Below are positions 50,317-59,394 of a stretch of 59,394 nt of DNA, piece after piece (positions within the stretch are counted from its first letter, which is position 1; every line of letters begins with the position of its first letter). The position numbers and the translations under genes were made by a program. The notes beneath the pieces were generated by a model. It was given only the letters and a program-made list of their open reading frames with translations, was not told the origin of the DNA and made no database searches. Source of the stretch: Octopus bimaculoides (taxonomy: Eukaryota); assembly GCF_001194135.2 (NCBI RefSeq), contig NC_068981.1, positions 117,460,191 through 117,519,584 of the forward strand, in the 5' to 3' direction.

Positions 50317-50703
50317 AGGTGCAGGCGTGGCTGTGTGGTAAGAAGCTTACTTCCTAACCACAGTCCTATTGCGTGCACCTAGGGTAAGTGCTTTCTACCC
50401 CAGGCCGACCAAAGACTTGCAGGTGGATATAGTAGCCGAAATCTGAAAGAAGCCCGTTGTATAATATACACATGTATGTATTTGTGTGTTTGTGTCTGTG
50501 TTTCCCCCCTCCACATCACTTGACAACCGTTGTTGGTGTATTTACGTCCCTGTAACTTAGCGGTTCGGCAAAAGAGACAGACAGAATAAGTACTAGGCTT
50601 ACAAAGAATAAGTCCTAGGGTCGATTTGTTCGACTAAAACTCCTTAAGGTGGTGCTCCAGCATGGCCGTAGACTGAAGCATGTAAAAGAATAAAAGAAAG
50701 AAT
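50317..50703 (+). mobile_element. SINE family B
   Basis: AGGTGCAGGCGTGGCTGTGTGGTAAG head through AAAGAATAAAAGAAAG tail. Confidence 0.85.
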
Positions 50704-51439
50704 ATAGGTATCCTTCAGAGATATACTTTTATGACAACTGATTGTCTCTTCAGCCGGTGTTTACAAGAAAGGGGTTTGAATTCTGCTGAAGTATAATGAA
50801 ATATCGGCTACGGGTACTTAATGTATGAAAAGACATGGGGCGAGCAAAGGGAACAAAGTCTGTGTTTTCCATATATAACTGGAAAAGAAGAAAAATCGCT
50901 CTCGCAGAGGAAACGAAAATACCTCCAGAGAAATCTACCAGGAAATATTCTGAATTAAGAAACTAGGCATATATAAACCACCAGTGAGTGAAGAGAGGAG
51001 GAAAAATGAGAAAGAGAAAATGAGAAAAAGCCAATTAGAAAGTGAAGAAGTATAAGAGCAAAAGAATAAGAATTTGGTGAAAGAAAGAATGCCTGACTGT
51101 ATTTAAGGTAAGATAAATTTGTCTCAGAAACAATTGTCTCTGAGAAAACAAAATGACAAATAAATAACTGAATGAAAGAAAGATAAGAAGAAGAAAACTA
51201 CCAAAGACAATAATAATAACGGCTTGAGCTGAAAAACAAAATGCTAAGTAAAAATGAAAAGAACATGGGTTGTAAATGTTTGAAAATAGAGGCCACCATG
51301 TTTTAAAAATAAACCAAGTTGTTTTGTTTGAAGACAGTTGTGATTCCTGATATCGTTTAAAAACAAAGGAGTATATATATATATATATATATATAAACAT
51401 GTGCGTGCGCAAGCACGTGCGCGTGTGTGTGCTAAGAAA

Positions 51440-51640
51440 CGAGAATGGGAGAGAGATGGGACAGAGACATAGAGTAAAGAAAGAGAACGAGAGGAAGAGA
51501 AAGAGAGGGAGAGAGAAAGAGGGAGAGAGGAAGAGGGAGAGAGAAAGAGGGAGAGAGAGAGATACAGAGAGAGAGAGAGAGAGATACAGAGAGAGAGAGA
51601 GGGAGAGAGAGAGAGACAGAAAGAGAGAGAGAGAGAGTAG
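51440..51640. repeat. GA-rich / (GA)n tract
   Basis: Directly visible. Confidence 0.9.
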
Positions 51641-51957
51641 GAGATAGTGTTATTTCAACAACATGATCAGAGTCAGTAGAGAATAATGTTCGAATTGAAT
51701 GTTTGAGATATTGAAGAACATGGAAGAACACCACCAATATTTACATCATACTCCTTTGTACTATGGTGAAGTGACAGGCTTCTACATAACTTTCGCCTAA
51801 GCGTTGGTCAATTTGAGACTGATATAAATCGCATCTTTTCAAGGATACGCGCAATGGAATCGAACCTGGTGCGACATGGTTATGAAGTAAACTTCTTTAT
51901 CAGCGTTTGTTATATGGTCTACAACACGAATAAGCATTCAACTTCACATTAGTCCAC

Positions 51958-52413
51958 AGCAGGAGTGGCTGTGTGGTAGCTTTCTTACCAACCACATGGT
52001 TCCGGGTTCATTCCCACTGCGTGGCACCTTAGGCAAATGTCTTCTACTATAGCCTCGAGCCAACCAAAACCTTGTGAGTGGATTTGGTAGACGGAAACTG
52101 AAGAAAGCCCGTCGTATATATATATGTATATGTATGCATGTGTGTGTATATGTTTGTGTGTCTGTGTTTGTCGCCCCAGCATCGCATGACAACCGATAGT
52201 AGTGTGTTTACGTCCCCGTAACTTAGTGGTTCGGCAAAAGAGATCAATAGAATAAGTACTAGGCTTCCAAAGAATAAGTCCCGGGGTCGANNNNNNNNNN
52301 ACTAGGCTTCCAAAGAATAAGTCCCGGGGTCGATTTGCTCGACTAAAGGCGGTGATCCAACATGGCCGCAGTCAAATGACTGAAACAAATAAAAAGAGTA
52401 AAAAAATAAAGAG
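51958..52413 (+). mobile_element. SINE family B spanning a 10-N gap
   Basis: Full head, core and tail; 33 bp duplicated across the gap. Confidence 0.88.
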
Positions 52414-53004
52414 TATCTTTGGGTCATATCTCCGCCCAGTTTTCGCCTTGATTATTCTTCCAATTTTGGTGCATATAGAACTACATTGTTCGATATTTAG
52501 AATATCTAGAACTTGTCTCGTTTTGGCTCCCCTTCTTCCGATGATGTCGTAGGACCCCATCGAAATAAACTATATAAGTCTTTGTTTTTCGATTTGTTAC
52601 TGGTGTATCCAGAGCTGCGAACTCCTTTAGAAAGTTGCCAGTTCACTCCTTCATGTTTCCGTCCAGCTCTTCCTTTATCTACCTTTATTTCTCCATGGTA
52701 CTTTGAAGATGGTTCTACCAAGGCCATTGGATCTTGTTACTTAACTTAACTATCTCATCTTTCTTTTATTCACATTGTGAGATCTTCAGTGGACTAATGT
52801 GAAGTTGAATGCTCATTCGTGTTGTGGACCATATAACAAACGCTTAACATTGCGGCTGCTTCCAGTTTCTGTTGCTCTGAACATTCTTCTGATTCTTTGA
52901 CATGATAATCCATGTCTATCATGCGTACAGGAAACTAGAAAGTACCAGTACACGCAGGAGTTTGAATCTGTTGTTCACACACACACGTGTACACGCATGT
53001 ATGT

Positions 53005-53078
53005 ATTTATGTATGTATGTATGTATGTATGTATGTATGTACGTATGTATGTATGTATGTATGTATGTATGTATGTAT
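53005..53078. repeat. (TATG)n microsatellite
   Basis: Directly visible. Confidence 0.95.
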
Positions 53079-53220
53079 AAGCATACAAATACACACATAT
53101 ATATTTGTATTCCTCTTGTTTATATGTTTGCATGTTCATGCGAGTATATAAGTTTATATGTCTATAAGTAACTATATATGTATATATACGCATTTATATA
53201 CCTATTTCTGTATATATAAG

Positions 53221-53251
<31 letters not shown>

Positions 53252-54138
53252 NNNNNNNNNNNNNNNNNNNNNNNNNNNNNNNNNNNNNNNNNNNNNNNNN
53301 NNNNNNNNNNNNNNNNNNNNNNNNNNNNNNNNNNNNNNNNNNNNNNNNNNNNNNNNNNNNNNNNNNNNNNNNNNNNNNNNNNNNNNNNNNNNNNNNNNNN
53401 NNNNNNNNNNNNNNNNNNNNNNNNNNNNNNNNNNNNNNNNNNNNNNNNNNNNNNNNNNNNNNNNNNNNNNNNNNNNNNNNNNNNNNNNNNNNNNNNNNNN
53501 NNNNNNNNNNNNNNNNNNNNNNNNNNNNNNNNNNNNNNNNNNNNNNNNNNNNNNNNNNNNNNNNNNNNNNNNNNNNNNNNNNNNNNNNNNNNNNNNNNNN
53601 NNNNNNNNNNNNNNNNNNNNNNNNNNNNNNNNNNNNNNNNNNNNNNNNNNNNNNNNNNNNNNNNNNNNNNNNNNNNNNNNNNNNNNNNNNNNNNNNNNNN
53701 NNNNNNNNNNNNNNNNNNNNNNNNNNNNNNNNNNNNNNNNNNNNNNNNNNNNNNNNNNNNNNNNNNNNNNNNNNNNNNNNNNNNNNNNNNNNNNNNNNNN
53801 NNNNNNNNNNNNNNNNNNNNNNNNNNNNNNNNNNNNNNNNNNNNNNNNNNNNNNNNNNNNNNNNNNNNNNNNNNNNNNNNNNNNNNNNNNNNNNNNNNNN
53901 NNNNNNNNNNNNNNNNNNNNNNNNNNNNNNNNNNNNNNNNNNNNNNNNNNNNNNNNNNNNNNNNNNNNNNNNNNNNNNNNNNNNNNNNNNNNNNNNNNNN
54001 NNNNNNNNNNNNNNNNNNNNNNNNNNNNNNNNNNNNNNNNNNNNNNNNNNNNNNNNNNNNNNNNNNNNNNNNNNNNNNNNNNNNNNNNNNNNNNNNNNNN
54101 NNNNNNNNNNNNNNNNNNNNNNNNNNNNNNNNNNNNNN

Positions 54139-54171
<33 letters not shown>

Positions 54172-54214
54172 ATGTATGTATGTATATATATGTGTGTGTG
54201 TGTGTACACATAGT

Positions 54215-54253
<39 letters not shown>

Positions 54254-54480
54254 CATACATACATATGCAAAATATGGGGGTTTAGTTCACAGGTGATCTA
54301 AATGATTAGGTATTCTAGGTAAGTGCTGTAACGGATTACTAGGATCCCAAGGTTATACACGAGACGGTAGTTATGGAACCATTGTAGATTTCCGATATAG
54401 TGGATATATAGTTGTTAAAGAGGACAACAGACGTTAAGGCAAGGCAGACATATACAATATTATTGGAAAAAAATTCAAGG

Positions 54481-54534
54481 TCTTACAGCTGTTTCTGGGA
54501 TATCCCAGAGTGTGATATATTCCGCCATCGGAGA
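54481..54534 (-). ncRNA. Hammerhead-like motif, left arm (variant core CCGAUGG)
   Basis: Minus strand TCT-CCGATGG-...CTGGGATATCCCA-GAAAC-AGCT-GT-A-AGA. Confidence 0.5.
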
Positions 54535-54865
54535 GAGATAGCGAAAATAAGAAGGATATCGATTAATGAATTGACGACATAGAGGACAGGAAAGAAAGAA
54601 TGACGAGATAAAGAAAAGGAAGAAAAGAGTGCCATAAAAGTTCACAGTTCAATTCCGATCGTGTAGAAGTAAGCTCGTAAGTCCCTAGGTGCAATCCTAT
54701 GTAAATCCATGGTGTAAGTCCAGGACCCACGGACTTACTTCTACACGATCGGAAATTTGAACTGTGAACTTTTATGCTTCTTTTTTCTTCCTTTTCTTCA
54801 TCTCGCTATTTCTTCTCCCCTGTCGTCGTTTCATTAATCTATGCGCTTCTCATTTTCGGTATTTT

Positions 54866-54917
54866 TCTCCGATGACAGTATCGAATACTCTGGGATATCC
54901 CAGAAACAGCTGTAAGA
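54866..54917 (+). ncRNA. Hammerhead-like motif, right arm (variant core CCGAUGA)
   Basis: TCT-CCGATGA-CAGTATCGAATACTCTGGGATATCCCA-GAAAC-AGCT-GT-A-AGA. Confidence 0.55.
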
Positions 54918-55007
54918 TTGAATTTTTTCCAGTAATAATAATGTATATGACTTGAGATATTTGCCTTGCCTTAGCGTTTGTTGTCCTCTTAACAATTATA
55001 TATATAT

Positions 55008-55386
55008 AGGCGCAGGAGTGACTGTGTGGTAAGTAGCTTGCTTACCAACCACATGGTTCCGGGTTCGGTCCCACTGCTTGGAACCTTGGGCAAATGACTT
55101 CTACTATAGCCTCGTTGTGAGTGGATTTGGTAGACGGAAACTGAAAGAAGCCCATCGTATATATGTATATATATATATATGTGTGTTTTGTGTCTGTGCT
55201 TGTCCATCTAGCATTGCTTGCTGGTGTGTTTATGTCCCTGTCACATAGCGGTTCGGCAAAAGAGACCGATAGAATAAGTACTAGGCTTACAAAGAATAAG
55301 TCCCGGGGTCGATTTGCTCGACTAAAGGCGGTGCTCCAGCATGGCCGCAGTCAAATGGCTGAAACAAGTAAAAGAGAGTAAAGAGT
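55008..55386 (+). mobile_element. SINE family B
   Basis: AGGCGCAGGAGTGACTGTGTGGTAAG head through GAAACAAGTAAAAGAGAGTAAAGAG tail. Confidence 0.9.
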
Positions 55387-55391
55387 ATATA

Positions 55392-55424
<33 letters not shown>

Positions 55425-55846
55425 NNNNNNNNNNNNNNNNNNNNNNNNNNNNNNNNNNNNNNNNNNNNNNNNNNNNNNNNNNNNNNNNNNNNNNNNNNNN
55501 NNNNNNNNNNNNNNNNNNNNNNNNNNNNNNNNNNNNNNNNNNNNNNNNNNNNNNNNNNNNNNNNNNNNNNNNNNNNNNATCAAAGTTATACAAGTTAATA
55601 ATACAAGTCGACGGTTAATACTATCATCTGAAATTTCAATATTTCATGGTTCAGAAAATTGCACCCTCTACAGAGCAGAGACTTCGGTTATCAATACATT
55701 TTCTCAGTAAATTTTCTGAAGAAGAGACACTTACCCTGAAATTTTGAACAACCAAGTAACTATATTAACGCTCGAACTATATCATTAGTTTTTATTACTT
55801 GCATTGTTTTAGCTTTTAAAAAATATTTAAAAAATGTATTGTTTGC

Positions 55847-55878
<32 letters not shown>

Positions 55879-56168
55879 TCTTGTGCCTGCGTTTGTCACA
55901 CACACCCTGCACTGATGTTGGTTTGTTTACGTCACCATAAACTAGGGGTTCGGCAAAAGGATACTGATTTGGAAGGATAAAGAAAGAAATATGGCTGGAG
56001 TCGAAAAACAACCTAATCCGCAATCACTTCTCTGAGTGGAAATAACTGTTAGGCAGAACATAAGCAAAGAAGTTAACTATAAAAGAAAACGGAACTTCAT
56101 CTCACAAAACAGAGAATGATATTAATATTTCACCGATAAGCATCTGAATTTTTCAATGCTTATCGGTG

Positions 56169-56171
<3 letters not shown>

Positions 56172-56245
<74 letters not shown>
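56172..56245. repeat. (CT)n microsatellite
   Basis: Directly visible. Confidence 0.95.
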
Positions 56246-56248
<3 letters not shown>

Positions 56249-56561
56249 TTCTATCTCGCTATTTTTATGTCTCTGTTTTTCTTTGCCAGTCTCTCTCTCA
56301 CGCGCGCGCGCGCGCACACGCAAACACACACACACACACGCGCACACACGAAAATCATAGTTAATCATAGCCTCAGTCTCTTGCTTTCTCAAAATGCCAT
56401 GCAATGGGATCAAAGCCTACGTAGTTCAAAGTATATCATTGTTATATGAACATACATACATATACATATACATGTGTGTGTGAGTATATATACGTGTGTA
56501 TAGATATGTATGTGTGCGTGTGAGTATATATATATATATATATGTGTGTATATATATATGT

Positions 56562-56604
<43 letters not shown>

Positions 56605-57184
56605 TAGACAGATAGATTATATATGTATGTATATATATATTTGCGTTGTGCGCGCGTGTGTGTGTAAGTGTGTGTGAAACAATAACAATGTCTATATCGT
56701 ATTTGATTCTGTGTATGGTAGTTTCTTAAGCTTCAGTCGCGTTAATTGTAAACAACTTGGTCGTGAGCCAAGACGTTTGATTTGAAGCATCAGCGCAGTG
56801 CTCATTGGAAAAGCATTCTTCGTATAAGGATATATGAAAGTCCTGCTGGGAACGTTTGCTTACTCACATGGAGTGAGCTCTTTTCTTCTGTTCATTTCCA
56901 TTATCTGAAATAATTCAGCCCCTTATTTATTTTGCTTCTTACCTTATTACCAAGATTCTTTTCAATGTCATCTCGTAAATGTACCCTGCCGTTTGCAGAA
57001 TTGTCCAAATATTAGTCATGTCTATGTGAGAAAGTGTTTCCATCTTATCTATATAACATTCTAACTATACATCTATCTCTCTTATATGTCACTATCATAT
57101 TTTTCTCTTTTATTCTTCCCTTTTTCTTTCTGCTGTCTGTGTACGTATGCGCGTATATACACACACACGTGTATACATATGTCT

Positions 57185-57405
57185 TTTATATTTTACGTTG
57201 ACTGGTCTCAGTCATTGGATTGCGACCATACTGGGGTTTAGTCGAATACATCAACCCCAGTACTTATTTATTTTTAAATATGATGCTTATTCTATCGGTC
57301 TCTTTTACTGAACCGCTATATTACGGGACGTAAGCAAGTCAACACCAACTCTCAAGCGGTGGCGAGATGCAAACACAACGTAAACACTGAGACAGAGACA
57401 CACTC
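57185..57405 (-). mobile_element. 3' half of SINE family B, diverged
   Basis: CTTATTCTATCGGTCTCTTTTACTGAACCGCTATATTACGGGACGTAAG. Confidence 0.7.
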
Positions 57406-57409
57406 ATAC

Positions 57410-58292
57410 ATATAATAACAGCCTGGTTAGCAGAGTAACGAACGTCATGGATGCCGTCATAGAGACAGTCCTAATGGAAGCCAGTGAAGAAGGCAGCAGC
57501 ATCACCAGTAATGAGGATGAGGAAGATGATTTCTTCAGTAACATCACTAGGTTTCGGGAGAGCATGAGCCACAGGTCACTGAAATTCAAGACGCTGGACT
57601 TGGTGAAGACCTGGCTGGAGGCCGTCTCGAAGGAGGTCCTGACTGAAGTCGCCTTTTTGGGCAAGCAGATCTTGATCAACCTGTTCCCCAAGTATAACAC
57701 CGCCATCCCACCCAGTGCTGCAGTTGAGCGACTATTCTCTATAGGAAAATATAGATTGAAGGCCAAGAGATCCACTCCGTCAGATGGTAACTTTGAGAGG
57801 CTGATGTTTATGAAGGGCAACCAGCATCACGTCGAAATGATGAAGGCCCAGCCAGTGTAGTACACCTTGATCATCATCTGATCTTGGCATGATACCCATA
57901 CTATACCATTTTCATTAATTGAATCAAAAAGTACAGTAAATAAAGTGTATGTTAACTGAAAAGTAATGTCTAATTTTATTTGTTCATTTAATTATTTGCG
58001 TATACCTTGATCATCATCTGATCTTGGTATGCTATACCTCTTTGAAAATCTCTTTGTCTAAGCTGCAACATGAACATTTCAGCTCTCTAGGTCTGTTTTT
58101 ATTGGTTTTAGAGCCAAAAAACTAAACCGAAACTAAATTCATATGATAAAAGTTAGCAGTTATCATTTAACATTAGCATCCGCTAATATTTTTACCTGTT
58201 TAGCGGTTTAGCGATTGCGAAGCTAACTCTTTTAGTTAGCGAATTAGCGGTTAGCGAAGCTAACTTTTTGGTCAGCTGTGTCACCGTTACTG
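57410..58292 (+). mobile_element. hAT transposon 3' end: C-terminal dimerisation domain, 3' UTR and subterminal repeats
   Basis: ORF 57447-57860 contains LFPKYNTAIPPSAAVERLFSIG..LKAKRSTPSDGNFERLMFMKGN (hAT dimerisation motif S..ER.FS). Clustered TTAGCG/GCTAAC motifs at 58170-58265 precede a TIR-like end. Confidence 0.85.
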
Positions 58293-59363
58293 TTTTTTTG
58301 TATTAAAAAAGCGCATATTTCATGATGTCTATACGAATTCACTTAATTTACCCTGAAAACATTTCAATACTGACTGTACTAAAGCTGAATAATACCTAAA
58401 TATCAAATCGTTCATTTTGGACTGATCGAATTCGATGTTATCCTAGCATTATCTTAGAAAAAGACTTGACAACTGATTTATTAGAAGTAACAATATGTAG
58501 CTTATATTGTTGGCTTGAGTGTTACAAAATCCAAAATGGAGTAGTAAGGAAAATAATATTATGTGAGCGAAAAAATATTAAGTATTTAGAATTCTACTAA
58601 CAGATCACGAAAACAAGTACCATTACATGCACCAAAAAATCTTAGAGATAATCTTTGACGCTATCTTCAGCTGGTTCATCACTCCTAGAATATATACCAA
58701 TCTATTGCAGCTAATTTTACCATAAAATTGATTATAAGTAACTTGATTGAAGCAAATACATACCGTGTTTAGTGCACCTTTCAGAAATAGAATAATGTGT
58801 TTTCTTACATCAATTCTGACTTAAAATATATTAACTGGTAGTTCAAACGTAAATTGTCTACTTCCCATACATGAAAATAGGCTAAATGCATAAACAGATA
58901 TATCATATCTCTTTCAGTTTCCGCGTAGATTTTATTCAAAATTGATCAAATATGATTTGAAGTAAGTAAATAAATAAATTGATCAAATATGATTTCAAGT
59001 AAGTAAATAAATAGAGAAAAAAAAAACAAAAAACAAATGAAAACTAGAAGACACTCTCAATGGTGATATATCCCTCAAATAAACGTCAGACGGTGGAATC
59101 GTCATTTTCTTTATTTCAACGGTGGAAGGAAGGAAGAAGTAATTGTGTTATTCGATCTTAATTGCAAACACATGACTTCCGCCAAGACTTTGTTCAGCAG
59201 CTAACACACGCATATAGCAGTATACACACGTATACAGAGGTACAATCGGGAGCATGAACGAACAAACAGAAAAATAAACACATACCTATACACCCCCACC
59301 CCAACTATATACACGTACACATATACATACATAGAAATACATACATAAATATATATACATGTA

Positions 59364-59394
<31 letters not shown>

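Larger units (their letters stand above)
54404..55005. mobile_element. ~600-bp imperfect palindrome of two Penelope-like terminal repeats, head-to-head
   Basis: 54404-54673 aligns with the reverse complement of 54733-55005, e.g. ATAAAAGTTCACAGTTCAATTCCGATCGTGTAGAAGTAAG vs CTTACTTCTACACGATCGGAAATTTGAACTGTGAACTTTTAT. Each arm carries a hammerhead motif. Confidence 0.8.

Noticed and set aside
52258-52333. 33-bp exact duplication inside a SINE
   Set aside because: Identical sequence on both sides of a 10-N gap indicates an unmerged contig overlap.
52420-52760. Minus-strand ORFs with faint AP-endonuclease-like words (AALDT, YFDG)
   Set aside because: Too weak to assign without a profile search.
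58939-59012. 37-bp tandem duplication
   Set aside because: Two copies in AT-rich DNA; ordinary slippage with no sign of function.

Overview
AT-rich, gappy eukaryotic draft-scaffold window with 13 N-gaps, almost all flanked by microsatellites. The tRNA-derived SINE families, TAA-associated R4/Dong LINEs and dense simple repeats resemble, from recall, an Octopus-like cephalopod genome; this was not verified by any search. I can identify no intact host protein-coding gene, true tRNA/rRNA gene or CRISPR array, and most ORFs in the track are microsatellite or N-run artefacts. Supported content: (1) a complete but decayed ~5.9 kb Helitron (15037-20978, minus) with both termini, a RepHel pseudogene with N-terminal 23-aa STPR-like repeats, and a long-TIR MITE nested upstream of the ORF; (2) several R4/Dong-clade LINE fragments abutting (TAA)n; (3) Tc1/mariner, hAT, RTE, Tx1-like and Penelope-like relics; (4) many copies of three SINE families. 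Most interesting: a SINE variant with a LINE-like (possibly Tx1) tail joined twice at the same position inside its own family's tRNA-derived head, once with a 13-bp target-site duplication; and Penelope-type minimal hammerhead ribozyme motifs sharing a U4C core variant, two of them in the arms of a ~600-bp palindrome.
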